64,000 bases of DNA from an archaeon (GCA_042584585.1 JBHOSQ010000004.1:38433-102432), one strand, 5' to 3'; positions 29,374-39,168 are shown, numbered from the stretch's first letter. Notes: generated by a model not told the origin, from the letters alone. A program made the numbers and translations.

Positions 29374-29949
29374 ATGGGTGCTTACAAGTACATTCAAAAG
29401 ACTATGCAAAAGGAATACGCCAGTCGCGACGAGAACTACAAGCAGAGGCTCATCGCTATGAGGCGCGAGCCAACTGTGACTAGGCTCGAAAAGCCCACTA
29501 ACATCGCCCGCGCCAGGACCCTTGGGTACAAGGCCAAGCAGGGATTCGTCGTTGCACGCGTCAGGGTCACCCGCGGAAGCGGAATGCAGACCCGCCCCAA
29601 CAAGGGCCGAAGGCCCAAACGCATGGGTGTCAACAAGCTGACGCGCGGCAAGAACAAGCAGTCGATTGCCGAAGAAAAGGCGCAAAGAAAATTCGAGAAC
29701 CTCGAGGTGCTGAACTCGTACTGGATTGCAGAGGACGGGCAGCACAAATGGTTCGAGGTCATCATGGTCGACCCGGAACACCCGAGCATCGCGAACGACG
29801 CGAACGTCTCGTGGGTGACGAGCCAAAGGAACCGCGTTTACCGCGGGAAGACTTCCGCCGGCCGCAAGGGCCGTGGCATAACAAAGAAGGGCACTGGCAC
29901 CGAGAAGACGAGGCCCGGCATAAGAAGCAAAAAAAGGAAGGGGAAGTGA
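29374..29949 (+). CDS. rpl15e: 50S ribosomal protein L15e
   Basis: [27 protein letters not shown]. Confidence 0.96.
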   Translation: MGAYKYIQKTMQKEYASRDENYKQRLIAMRREPTVTRLEKPTNIARARTLGYKAKQGFVVARVRVTRGSGMQTRPNKGRRPKRMGVNKLTRGKNKQSIAEEKAQRKFENLEVLNSYWIAEDGQHKWFEVIMVDPEHPSIANDANVSWVTSQRNRVYRGKTSAGRKGRGITKKGTGTEKTRPGIRSKKRKGK

Positions 29950-29954
29950 TTTAG

Positions 29955-30497
29955 ATGGCAAAAAAAAGCAAGCGCCCGGCACGCTGCTACAAGAAACCGC
30001 CGAAGCACGCCTACACCCGCACCGCCAAGCGCGTGGTGAAGAAAGCGTTCGTGCGCGGTGTCCCCAACATCGTTATCTTCCACTTTGACATGGGCAAGTC
30101 CGGAAAGGCTTACAAATACATCGTGAAGCTCGTTTCGAAGAACCCTGTGCAGGTTCGGCATAACGCGCTCGAGGCAACGAGAATTGTGGTCAACAGGACC
30201 ATCCAAAAAACGATTGGCGTCGAGAACTACCACTTCCAGATAAGGATCTACCCCCACCACGTCATGAGGGAAAACGCGATTATTTCGGGTGCGGGCGCAG
30301 ACCGTCTGCAGACCGGGATGAGGCACGCGTTCGGCAGGCCCATCGGCAAGGCCGCGAGGGTCAAGCGCAACCAAGCGATGATGACCATCAAGGTCAACAC
30401 CAAAGCCAACGCGGAAAAAGCCAGGGCGGCGTTCAAGAAAATCACCGCCAAGCTGCCGACCCCGTGCGCCATCGTCGTGGAAGAGCTCAAGAAATGA
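29955..30497 (+). CDS. rpl10e: 50S ribosomal protein L16/L10e
   Basis: RPARCY, YPHHVMREN, GADRLQTGMRHAFG. Confidence 0.96.
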   Translation: MAKKSKRPARCYKKPPKHAYTRTAKRVVKKAFVRGVPNIVIFHFDMGKSGKAYKYIVKLVSKNPVQVRHNALEATRIVVNRTIQKTIGVENYHFQIRIYPHHVMRENAIISGAGADRLQTGMRHAFGRPIGKAARVKRNQAMMTIKVNTKANAEKARAAFKKITAKLPTPCAIVVEELKK

Positions 30498-31381
30498 TTC
30501 CTGAAAGAGTCGTCAGGGAGCTGAAGCAAAACAAAAACACCCGAGTTCTCGTCCAGCTTCCTGAAGGCCTCAAGACCAAGGCAACCGAAATCTGTGGAGA
30601 GCTACGGCAAGCAGGATTCGAGCCCATTGTCTCCGGCGACCCGTGCTTCGGCGCGTGCGACCTAAAAACACTCAAGAACGCGACCACGCTGCACGTCGCG
30701 CACTCCGAATTCGTGAAGCAGGAAAATATTGTTTATTGGGAGTACGAGTACGGCCAGTCACTAATCCCGGCAGTCGAAAAGGCGTTGCCGCTGTTGGACA
30801 ACAGCGTCGGGTTATTCACAACGGTGCAGCACCTGCAGCAGATTCCTGCCGCGAAGGAAGCGCTGGAAAAAGCTGGGAAGCAAGTATTCACCGCACCTGG
30901 CAAGACCACGAAGGAATACCAAATCCTTGGCTGTGACGCCGCGGGCGCCGTTTCGATTAAAGACAAAGTCGACTCGTTTTTGTATATCGGCGGAGGCAGG
31001 TTCCACCCCATCGCGATCGCGTACTACACAAAGAAGCCCGTGGTTGCCATCGACCCGTTCTCGCTCGAGGCACAGGAAATCGATTCCGCTGCCTGGGAAA
31101 AGGAGCGCGCACTGCGGCAGACCAAAGCAATGAACGCGGACAGCTATGGCATCGTCGTTTCGTCCAAGCCGGGCCAGAAGAACTGGAACATTGCGGAGAC
31201 AATAAAGAAAAAGCTTGAGTCCGCCGACAAAAAAACACTCGTCATTTACTTGGAAAACATTACTCCGGACACACTGCTGCCGTTCAATGTGGACGCGTTC
31301 GTGATTACGGCGTGCCCCCGCATCGTCGTCGACGACTGGAAGAACTACACGAAAGCAGTCCTCCTCCCGGAGGAGGCCTGA
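30494..31381 (+). CDS. dph2: Diphthamide biosynthesis enzyme Dph2
   Basis: QLPEGLK, PCFGACD, QILGC, TACPRI. Confidence 0.92.
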   Translation: MIPERVVRELKQNKNTRVLVQLPEGLKTKATEICGELRQAGFEPIVSGDPCFGACDLKTLKNATTLHVAHSEFVKQENIVYWEYEYGQSLIPAVEKALPLLDNSVGLFTTVQHLQQIPAAKEALEKAGKQVFTAPGKTTKEYQILGCDAAGAVSIKDKVDSFLYIGGGRFHPIAIAYYTKKPVVAIDPFSLEAQEIDSAAWEKERALRQTKAMNADSYGIVVSSKPGQKNWNIAETIKKKLESADKKTLVIYLENITPDTLLPFNVDAFVITACPRIVVDDWKNYTKAVLLPEEA

Positions 31382-32235
31382 TGCTCGGCTGGTTCGGGTT
31401 CGCCGTCGCCGCGATGGTGTTTTACGCGGCACAAAACTTTCTTCTCAAGGCCACAGTCGAAAAAAAATGCAACCCCGCCAGCATCATGGCCGTGTTCATG
31501 GCGACCGCGGCAGTGATTGCGGTGACAGCCGCGCTAATTACCGGTGACACGCTCGTCAACGACTGGAATTTGTTTGTTGTGTTTGCAGTCATCAACGGCT
31601 CGCTGTTTTTGGCGGGCTCAATAGCCAGGCTCGAGTCACTGAAGTACATCCCGCTCGTGATGGTGTACCCCATAAAAAAGATGGACGTCGCGTTGGCTTC
31701 GCTGGTCGGAATAGCATTCTTTGGCGAGACACTCACCGCCGCACAGGCGCTAGGCGTCGTGCTGGCAATCGCAGTTGTGTGGCTTCTCGCGCGCGACAAA
31801 AAAGCGGACAAGCCCAAGGACTTCACTAAGGGCGTTGCATTGATTCTTCTTGCGGTGCTGCTCTTCACCGGCACCGACGTCGTGCTGAAGCCCGCCGCGA
31901 CAGCTGGAAGCGTCTACGTGTTCGTCGCATTGTCTTACGGCCTGATGCTTTTGCCATCGCTTCTTTTGCGGAAGCGGGTGGGCAAAGGCCGTAACGCCTC
32001 GCTCGAGACCACGGCCAAGTGGGGGATTGCCATCGGCGTGATTAATTTCTTTGCCATTACATCGCTCTTGAGCGCGCTGAAGACCGGTGCGCTGTCCACA
32101 GTGTTCCCCATAACCGCCCTCGCCGTGCCGCTCGCGGGCGCACTGGGAGTAATCTTCTACAAGGAACAGCTCACCCCCAACCGGATTATTGCAGTCTTGC
32201 TGGCGGTGGCCGTGCTCGTGCTCATGAGCATGTAG
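31381..32235 (+). CDS. EamA/DMT-family transporter
   Basis: About 10 TM helices in two repeats; FFGETLT and FYKEQLT motifs. Confidence 0.85.
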   Translation: MLGWFGFAVAAMVFYAAQNFLLKATVEKKCNPASIMAVFMATAAVIAVTAALITGDTLVNDWNLFVVFAVINGSLFLAGSIARLESLKYIPLVMVYPIKKMDVALASLVGIAFFGETLTAAQALGVVLAIAVVWLLARDKKADKPKDFTKGVALILLAVLLFTGTDVVLKPAATAGSVYVFVALSYGLMLLPSLLLRKRVGKGRNASLETTAKWGIAIGVINFFAITSLLSALKTGALSTVFPITALAVPLAGALGVIFYKEQLTPNRIIAVLLAVAVLVLMSM

Positions 32236-32266
32236 TAATTTAAAGCGCCGCCGCGTTTTTGTTTTC

Positions 32267-32740
32267 GTGAAAAAAGAGCTTGTTGCAGTCCTCGTGCTTG
32301 TTGCGATTGCATGGTTCAGCCTCAGCCAACTCGACCACCACGTGGAGCCTTGGCTCAACACGGTGGTGCTGGACGGAGAAGTCGAGGCGGCGCACTGGGT
32401 GAAGGGCAACCCCGGCCTTTACCTCGCCGGAATCTTTGGCGGCGAATTGGTGATGGGAATTGCCGCGAGCCCGTCACTCGTCGGAGGGGACTGGGCCGCG
32501 AACGCCAACGCCCCGCAGCAGATGAGCGACATGGACGAGTTCTACAAGACTGATTCCGCGGACCGCGCCGAAGAGATATGGAAAAAATACGGTGCGGACT
32601 ACGCGTGGTTCCCCGCAAGAAAAGTGTACGCGGGATACGGCTGGATAGACACCAACGAAGACAAAATGAGCGACCCGCGGTTCGAAATTGTTTACACAAA
32701 CCCGGAGGTGAGGGTATACAAGTTAAGCGGGAATGGCTAG
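32267..32740 (+). CDS. Membrane-anchored extracytoplasmic domain resembling the C-terminal domain of GT-C/STT3-like proteins
   Basis: N-terminal TM, EAAHWVK, KKYGADY, FEIVYTNPEVRVYK. Confidence 0.6.
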   Translation: MKKELVAVLVLVAIAWFSLSQLDHHVEPWLNTVVLDGEVEAAHWVKGNPGLYLAGIFGGELVMGIAASPSLVGGDWAANANAPQQMSDMDEFYKTDSADRAEEIWKKYGADYAWFPARKVYAGYGWIDTNEDKMSDPRFEIVYTNPEVRVYKLSGNG

Positions 32741-33672
32741 GCCTCGCCGCCGCAATGCTGTTCGGCGCATTGTACCGCGCCAAGCTGCTCGAGGGCTTAG
32801 TGCACCCCACGTACGGAAACACTATGTACCACACGGGGATCATCCGCATAATCACCGAAAGCGGGTTCATGCCACTCTATGACTTGTCCTACGGCGGGCT
32901 CACCAAGAGCTTTTACGTGCCCGCGTACCGCTTGTTCACTGCGTCGCTTTCCGCGCTTTCGGGCACCGATCCCGTGGTCACCGCGGGGCTCATGGTCATC
33001 GCGCTCGGCGTTGTCTCCGTCGCCGCGATTTACTTGCTGGGGAAGGAATTCGGCGGGCCGTGGGCAGGAGTGTGCTGCGCCGCCCTGTTCGTGCTGTCGC
33101 CCGAGCTGACGATATACACGATTCGCCCGTTTCCTGAAGTGCTTGGGGTGCCAATGCTTTTGCTGGCGCTTTACTTCGTGAGGAAAGGCGACACGCGGTT
33201 CGCGGTTCTCGCGTCTGTATTGACGGCGCTCACCCACCAGACAAGCGCGGTAGTGCTCGGGTCAATACTTCTCGTTCACGCAGTGGTCGCAAAGGACAAG
33301 CGGTCCGCTTCCGCGCTCATGGCAATGTTTTTGGCGTACTTCGTGTGGCAGCTGCACGCCTTGGGCAGCCTCGACATAGCAAACATGCGCCAGATAGCAC
33401 TGAAAGAAAGCGGGGCAATCACCATGATGCACATCGAGCGCATCGGACTGTTCGCGCTTTTGGCCGCGCCGTTCGGCGCAATACGGGCGCTCAAGAATAA
33501 GTACTGGCTGCTGGTGGCAATCACTGCGGCAACTTTCCTGCTTTCCAAAAACGAGTTGCTCGGCATCGGGATATTTACTGACCGGCTGTTCACTTTCTTT
33601 GCGCTGGCGGTCGTCATACTCGGCGGCATCGGGCTCGCCGAAATCGGGCGGGCATGGGGGAAAGCAAAATGA
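32716..33672 (+). CDS. Multi-pass GT-C (PMT/ArnT-like) glycosyltransferase membrane domain
   Basis: YGNTMYH loop, YVPAY, IYLLGKE...AG, HQT, about 10 TM helices. Start uncertain (ATA 32716 or ATG 32755). Confidence 0.6.
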   Translation: MQVKREWLGLAAAMLFGALYRAKLLEGLVHPTYGNTMYHTGIIRIITESGFMPLYDLSYGGLTKSFYVPAYRLFTASLSALSGTDPVVTAGLMVIALGVVSVAAIYLLGKEFGGPWAGVCCAALFVLSPELTIYTIRPFPEVLGVPMLLLALYFVRKGDTRFAVLASVLTALTHQTSAVVLGSILLVHAVVAKDKRSASALMAMFLAYFVWQLHALGSLDIANMRQIALKESGAITMMHIERIGLFALLAAPFGAIRALKNKYWLLVAITAATFLLSKNELLGIGIFTDRLFTFFALAVVILGGIGLAEIGRAWGKAK

Positions 33673-33926
33673 ACATTAGTGTTTTGGATTTCGTTTTGTT
33701 CGCCGCCGCGTTTGCAGTGCTGTTCATCGCGCCGGGGTACGCGTTCCTGAGAAAGAAAAAGTACGAGCTGCCGGAAATGCTGGCCCGGTCGTTTGTCCTA
33801 AGCGCCGGGATTGTGCTGGTGGAGAGCCTTTTGCTTGCGACGGTGGTCGGGCTGAGCGCGCTTTCGCTGGGCGTTGTGGTTGCTGCCACGGCAGTTACTC
33901 TATTTTTCCGGTCTGCCAGTCCTTGA
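33669..33926 (+). CDS. Small 3-TM membrane protein
   Basis: FIAPGYAFL, LARSFVLS; overlaps the upstream stop (ATGA). Confidence 0.6.
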   Translation: MNISVLDFVLFAAAFAVLFIAPGYAFLRKKKYELPEMLARSFVLSAGIVLVESLLLATVVGLSALSLGVVVAATAVTLFFRSASP

Positions 33927-34599
33927 TGAGCCGTTTCGCGGCACGGTCGAGGTCGAGCTCTGCGCCTTTGCGCAGCATCATCCACTTTCCCGCGAGCTCC
34001 TCAAGCTGCTCGTATGCGTCATCAAATGGTTCAGCCCCATAGGCTTTCGCGATTCTTTGTGAACCAACTTTTTTGATGAGCTTTATCGCGACTCCGATGG
34101 GGTCCTTTAGCTTGGTCACGTCGTACGCGCCTTTGATGGCCAACTTTGCCTCTCCTTCTTCGCGCGGGATTATTCCGGGCGAATCAAAGAGCAAAAGGCG
34201 TTTTGTTACGCGGATCCACTGTTTTCCTCGTGTGAAGCCGGGTTTGTTTGACGTGCGTGCGCCGCCCCCGAGTGAGTTTATGACAGTGCTCTTTCCAGTG
34301 TTTGCGTAGCCAACGAGGCCTGCCCTGACTTCTTCTTTCCCGGGACAGCACGCGTGAATCATTGACCTCAGAGCGCGAGTCCCCTTCCGCTTCTTCGCAC
34401 TCATCAAAACAACACGGCCTTTCGGCACGTCCATGGTTTTGACCAAGTCAATCTTGTTAACGATGATGATAAGGACTTTTCCTTTTCTCCGGACAAGGCT
34501 CTCAAGTTTTATTGAGCGCGTGCCATGCACGTCCCGAGCGTCCACTACCTCGATTACAACATCGCATTCGTCAATTACTTCGCGGACATGCGGGTCCAT
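33895..34599 (-). CDS. Circularly permuted GTPase, YlqF/RbgA family
   Basis: VVDARD, NKID, GYANTGKST, GFTRGKQ, DSPG in G4-G5-G1-G2-G3 order. Confidence 0.9.
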   Translation of the reverse strand: MDPHVREVIDECDVVIEVVDARDVHGTRSIKLESLVRRKGKVLIIIVNKIDLVKTMDVPKGRVVLMSAKKRKGTRALRSMIHACCPGKEEVRAGLVGYANTGKSTVINSLGGGARTSNKPGFTRGKQWIRVTKRLLLFDSPGIIPREEGEAKLAIKGAYDVTKLKDPIGVAIKLIKKVGSQRIAKAYGAEPFDDAYEQLEELAGKWMMLRKGAELDLDRAAKRLIKDWQTGKIE

Positions 34600-34654
34600 A
34601 GGTTAGTTCAAAGCGGTATGGAATAAAAAAGAGTGCCTCTCTGAGCGAAAACTC

Positions 34655-34680
34655 GGGGTACCGCCAATTGGCTGTACCCC
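34655..34680. repeat. REP-like palindrome copy 3
   Basis: GGGGTACCGCCAATTGGCTGTACCCC, one mismatch, between co-directional genes. Confidence 0.8.
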
Positions 34681-34689
34681 TTAGTGACG

Positions 34690-35430
34690 CTAAATGCCCA
34701 GCAGCGGCTGGAACACGGGATACGGCTTTTGCTCTGTCGGGAGCTCCCGGCTGCCGGAGACAAGTGCGGGATAGTCCTTCATTAGCTCGTCTGTGTTGCC
34801 TTTGACGTAGTTGACTTTTTGGCCGATGCTCCACTCGTCAAGCAATTCTGATTTCTCGCCGAGGACATCAATGGTGCAGCCGCGCTTCATCATCATCCAC
34901 CCGGCGCGCTCCGCGTTCTTTCCATCGTTCAGCAGGAGCAGCCGCCCCGATGTCCCGAGCGGCAACCCACCGGGCCCAGGAATTGTTTCGGTGAATATGT
35001 AAGTGACGTCTTCGAAGACCTCGACAAACACTGCTTGGTCTGGCGAGGACAGGTTGACTTTGTTTCCTTTTGCCTCCACGACTGCGCTGCCGAGCTCGAT
35101 GGCGATTTCCTGGCTTGTCTTTGGAAAGCCCTTGAACGGCCTGTTAATGCGCAGCGCGAAAGTCCCTTCGTGCACGAGTGGCACGACAACTTTTTTCATT
35201 GCTTCGAGTGTTGACTCGCACGTGTGGACTGGGGAATAGGAAACGATTCCGAATATCTTTCCCAGCGTTTCTCCGCTGTCTGCCTCGACGAGTATTCTGC
35301 CGCGGCGGCGCGTTATCTTCGCGCCTGGAATCCCTGCGCCGATGTTCGCAAGCAAGCGCTGTTCGAACTGCCGCTTGACCGGCTCGGACTTCAGGAACAG
35401 CTCGCCGTAGCGAACAAGAAAAAGTGTCAT
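34690..35430 (-). CDS. ThiI-derived THUMP-domain protein with degenerate PP-loop
   Basis: LVRYGELFLKS, VNLSSPD, GPGGLPLGTSG, WMMMKRGC. SGGxDS is replaced by NDGKNA. Confidence 0.8.
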   Translation of the reverse strand: MTLFLVRYGELFLKSEPVKRQFEQRLLANIGAGIPGAKITRRRGRILVEADSGETLGKIFGIVSYSPVHTCESTLEAMKKVVVPLVHEGTFALRINRPFKGFPKTSQEIAIELGSAVVEAKGNKVNLSSPDQAVFVEVFEDVTYIFTETIPGPGGLPLGTSGRLLLLNDGKNAERAGWMMMKRGCTIDVLGEKSELLDEWSIGQKVNYVKGNTDELMKDYPALVSGSRELPTEQKPYPVFQPLLGI

Positions 35431-37259
35431 AAGGCATCCTTAAGTCCTTTCTTAAGGGCTTTCTTTAAGCCATCCTTAACTTCTTTCGCTATCAGCTGGC
35501 CATCTGCTTTTCCGCGGAGCTGTTTCATTGTTTCGCCCATTACCTTCTGGAACGCACGCTCGTCCTCGAGCACGCTTTTGTTCTCCGCGATTATTTTTTT
35601 GACGGCTTTCTTGACTTGCTTCTCGTTCATCTTTGCAAAGTTGTCCGCGACTATTTCGCTTACCTTGCGCGTCGGGTTGAACGCAATTGCCCGAAGGACT
35701 TCGGGAATGCTTTCCTTCGCGAGCATCTTTTTGTCGTAAAGCGAAAACAAGCTGATTACCTTGGCGTCTGGAATCATGTCGACGTCAATCCCCTCACGGC
35801 GCAACTCGGTAAGAGTGTCCTCAAGCACGTGCGCGAGCAGCTCGGGGCGCCGGGTCTTTATCTTGTCGAACAAAACAAGGTTGTTCGACGACGCCAGTTT
35901 TTCCGCGAGGTCGGTGCTCATCAGTTTCTTCAGCCGGGCAAGCGTTTCTTTCGGAAGCTCGGGAAGCACAATCGCGTTAACGCGCTCGCCAGTGACAACG
36001 ACCGGGGGAATGTCCGTCTCCGGGTACAAGCGGGCGGCACTGGGCATGGGCCGCAGGAACTGGGAATTGCCGTCAGGCAAGGCTTTCCGGACCTCGGACG
36101 GCACGCCTACAAGCAATTGCTTCGCCCGCGCCTCGACCCGCGCAATGGCGCGGGAAGCACGCTTTTTTTCCGCGGCGACCAAGACAACAGCGTCCGTGCC
36201 AAGCTTTTTCTTGACCGCGTCCATCTCGGTGATTTGGTACTTGCGCATGTCCTCGTCGCTGTGGATTATTCCGCCGACGCCAGCCTGCTTCGCATAATCG
36301 GAGAGCTCGGTGCCGATGCGGCGGCCGGGCTGCGTCTCTTTTCCGAACAAGCCATTGAATCCCGGCAGCGGCAGGGCGATGACTGTTCGGCCCTTGATGA
36401 ACTTGCAGCTTGTGTTTTTGAACAAGTCTGTGACGTCAATGTGCCTGCCGACTTTTGCGTTCCGCTTTTTCAGCTCGCTGGCTATGCTGATGAGTGTTTT
36501 TTGCCTCTGCACTTCGCGGCGCGCGATTTCGGGGAACATCTTCAGGTCCTGCGCGCCCTTGATCTCAACCCTCACTCCTCCGGTGATGCTGATGTTGATG
36601 TCCTGGCGGATTGTTCCGATGCCGCGCTTCACTTTTCTCGTCGCGCGGAGCAACGAGCCGATTGCCAAAGCGGTCTCGTGCAAGTGTTCGGGGCTTTTGA
36701 TGTCCGGGTCGGTCCCGAGCTCTATGAGCGGGATTCCGAGGCGGTCGAGGCGGTAAGTGATTTCACCGGGCTTGCGCTCGAGAGTGGTGGCCGCGTCTTC
36801 CTCGAGCTGGACGTTAGTGATTCTTACCTTGCCTTCACTGGTCTCGAGGTATCCGCCCCGGCCGACGAGTGCGGTGCGCTGAAAGCCACTGGTGTTGCTG
36901 CCGTCGACGACTGCCTTGCGCATGACCTGGATTTCGTCGACGAAGTCGCTGTTGAATAGCTTGCATACCTGGAGCGTCGTGTCCAATGCCTCTTCGTTGA
37001 GCGGGTGCGGCGGCTCTTCGTCGAACTCGACGAGGCAGCTCGTTGCGGGATTCGCTTTGTAGACGTAAGTGGTGTCTTTGGCCTGCTCGTGGCGCGCCGC
37101 GAGGTCGATTTGCCCCAGTTCGCCGGCGACGGCACGGAGCTTGCGGCGGACTGTGAGTGGGAAGTCTTCGCTGCGGTGGGTTGGGCAGTCGCAGAACAGC
37201 TTGCGCTGCGTGTCCAATTGCTGGTGGATTTCTAGGCCTGCCTTGAACCCGTCGGTCAC
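35427..37259 (-). CDS. gatE: Glu-tRNA(Gln) amidotransferase subunit E
   Basis: GLEIHQQL, DGSNTSGFQRT, RGIGTIRQD, RLYPETD. Confidence 0.96.
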   Translation of the reverse strand: MTDGFKAGLEIHQQLDTQRKLFCDCPTHRSEDFPLTVRRKLRAVAGELGQIDLAARHEQAKDTTYVYKANPATSCLVEFDEEPPHPLNEEALDTTLQVCKLFNSDFVDEIQVMRKAVVDGSNTSGFQRTALVGRGGYLETSEGKVRITNVQLEEDAATTLERKPGEITYRLDRLGIPLIELGTDPDIKSPEHLHETALAIGSLLRATRKVKRGIGTIRQDINISITGGVRVEIKGAQDLKMFPEIARREVQRQKTLISIASELKKRNAKVGRHIDVTDLFKNTSCKFIKGRTVIALPLPGFNGLFGKETQPGRRIGTELSDYAKQAGVGGIIHSDEDMRKYQITEMDAVKKKLGTDAVVLVAAEKKRASRAIARVEARAKQLLVGVPSEVRKALPDGNSQFLRPMPSAARLYPETDIPPVVVTGERVNAIVLPELPKETLARLKKLMSTDLAEKLASSNNLVLFDKIKTRRPELLAHVLEDTLTELRREGIDVDMIPDAKVISLFSLYDKKMLAKESIPEVLRAIAFNPTRKVSEIVADNFAKMNEKQVKKAVKKIIAENKSVLEDERAFQKVMGETMKQLRGKADGQLIAKEVKDGLKKALKKGLKDAL

Positions 37260-37822
37260 TTGGCTTCCTCCTGGGTGTCCTCGAGAATCTCGTCGCCGCC
37301 TTGAATCTCTTCCATTATCTCGTCGATTCTTTCGTGGAGGCCTTCGATTGACCCGTTGTTGTCAAGCATGTAGTCGGCCATCATGAAGACGGTCTCCATG
37401 CCCTTGTTCTTGAGGTCACGCTCGTCCCTGCCGAAAAAGCCTTCCTTGTCCTGGGGGTCGCTGTCGTCGCGGCGTGTGTAGCGGACCTCACGTGGGGCTG
37501 AGGTCATCAACAGGAAAAAGTGGGATGTCTTTCCGCGGAAAAACTCGACTTCATCGGGGCTCCGGAAGCCCGTTATGACCACGTCTTCGGCGTCGATGAG
37601 CGGGAACAACAGCTTGGCCATTACGCCCATGCCCCCTTCCTTGCGGAGCTCGTCTCCCAGCTTGCTCGCGTTGTCTTTGGTCGGCTCGAGGCCGCGCTTC
37701 TCAAGCTCCTTGAGGAAGACGTCGTGGTAAAAGTCAAACTGCTTGAACCCGTACTCTTTCATCAAGTAGTGTGCGACAGTGTCCTTGCCGCTCCTAGCCG
37801 GTCCGGTTAAGCCGATAATCAT
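37256..37822 (-). CDS. P-loop nucleotide kinase (dephospho-CoA kinase-like/NMP kinase family)
   Basis: IIGLTGPARSGKDT, GFRSPDEV, RYTRR, ADYMLDNNGS. Confidence 0.8.
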   Translation of the reverse strand: MIIGLTGPARSGKDTVAHYLMKEYGFKQFDFYHDVFLKELEKRGLEPTKDNASKLGDELRKEGGMGVMAKLLFPLIDAEDVVITGFRSPDEVEFFRGKTSHFFLLMTSAPREVRYTRRDDSDPQDKEGFFGRDERDLKNKGMETVFMMADYMLDNNGSIEGLHERIDEIMEEIQGGDEILEDTQEEAK

Positions 37823-37832
37823 TGAAATCACT

Positions 37833-39164
37833 TCAGTAAAGGAACATGTCTGGCTCGATATTGTGGTTGAGCTCGCCGCGGAGGTTCTCAGCCATCAATT
37901 CGCGGACCTTGTCGCCCTTCGCGTGTGCAAGCACCCAGCCAAGCTTGACATACGCGGTTTCTGCGGTCATGTCCTGGGCGGGAATGGCGCCGGCGTCGTG
38001 GTACAAAATGCGCAGGTTGGAGTACACGTTGGGGTTCACCGTGCCGTAGACGCACTGTGTCGCAACGACAACCGGGACACCGCTTTTCACTGCGGACTTT
38101 ATGCGCGGGATCCAGCTCTTGCGCGCCTTTGTCGGCACATGGCCGAGCGCAGTGCCCTCGATAACCAGGCCTTTGGCGCCGTTGTCGACGTAAAAGTCAA
38201 TCACTTTGGGGTCCGCCCCGGGATAGGCCTTCAGCAAAGCCACGTGGCGCTCGAACTTGGTGTCGACCTCGACTTTTCCTGTGCCGCGCTTCCAGTACTT
38301 TGCCTTCGGCTCAATTTTGCCGTTGGGATAAACGCGCGCAATCGGGTAGTCGTTGATTGGTCGGAACGCGTTCCGCATCGTGGAATGCATTTTGCGGGCC
38401 TTGGTCCCGCGGATTAGGTCGCAGTAGTCGTCCGAACTGTTGCCGTGCATGCAAATCGCGACCTCCGCCATGTTGGACAACGCCGCGTAAGTGGAACAAG
38501 TGAGGTTCAGCACCGCGTCGGCAGAGCCACGGTCACTCGACCGCTGTGCGCCCGTGAGGATTACGGGCTTCGGAGTGTTGAGCATGAACGACAATGCCGC
38601 GGCGGTGTAGTGCATGGTGTCAGTGCCGTGCGTGATTACGACGCCTTCCGCCTTCTCAAGCGCCTTTGCGGTTGCCTTTGCCAGTTCAGCCCAGTCGAGC
38701 GGGTCAAAGTCCTCGCTCATCTTGTCAATGACTTTTTTTGTCCTGATGCACGCGATGTCTCCCAGTTCCGGAACAAGGGCGAGCAGGTCGTCGCCGGTCA
38801 TGTCGGTGTAGACCGCGCCTGTTGAGTAGTCGACCCGTGAAGTGATTGTGCCGCCTGCGCCGAGCAGCGAGACTTTTTCTTTGCCCTTGCACGACTGCTT
38901 CACTTTTGCGTGGCCGCCGGTCTCGTACTTGTATTCTTTGGCGATGCGCTTCGGCTCGGGGGAATTGGACTTGGCTAGGCTTTGCCCGGAGTACTTGATC
39001 CCGATGTTGTACCCGTTGTCGAGCTTGAGCACTACGTGGTCGGGCGAAGCAGTTATCTCTGGCGATGGCATCAAGAGCCCTTCTTCGCCGCCAACAGCAA
39101 TCCTGTCGCCGACTGACGCCTTCGCCGCCTTCAGCGCTTCCTTGATTTCTTTTGAGTAAGACAT
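37833..39164 (-). CDS. gatD: Glu-tRNA(Gln) amidotransferase subunit D
   Basis: KLDNGYNIG, GGTITSRVDY, HGTDTM, GAQRSSDR. Confidence 0.95.
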   Translation of the reverse strand: MSYSKEIKEALKAAKASVGDRIAVGGEEGLLMPSPEITASPDHVVLKLDNGYNIGIKYSGQSLAKSNSPEPKRIAKEYKYETGGHAKVKQSCKGKEKVSLLGAGGTITSRVDYSTGAVYTDMTGDDLLALVPELGDIACIRTKKVIDKMSEDFDPLDWAELAKATAKALEKAEGVVITHGTDTMHYTAAALSFMLNTPKPVILTGAQRSSDRGSADAVLNLTCSTYAALSNMAEVAICMHGNSSDDYCDLIRGTKARKMHSTMRNAFRPINDYPIARVYPNGKIEPKAKYWKRGTGKVEVDTKFERHVALLKAYPGADPKVIDFYVDNGAKGLVIEGTALGHVPTKARKSWIPRIKSAVKSGVPVVVATQCVYGTVNPNVYSNLRILYHDAGAIPAQDMTAETAYVKLGWVLAHAKGDKVRELMAENLRGELNHNIEPDMFLY

Positions 39165-39168
39165 TCAA

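Noticed and set aside
35616-36959. 447-aa antisense ORF, and many similar long opposite-strand ORFs (e.g. 1807-2637, 27064-27924, 41235-42200)
   Set aside because: Antisense to well-supported genes, with no motifs; expected at this GC content and codon bias.
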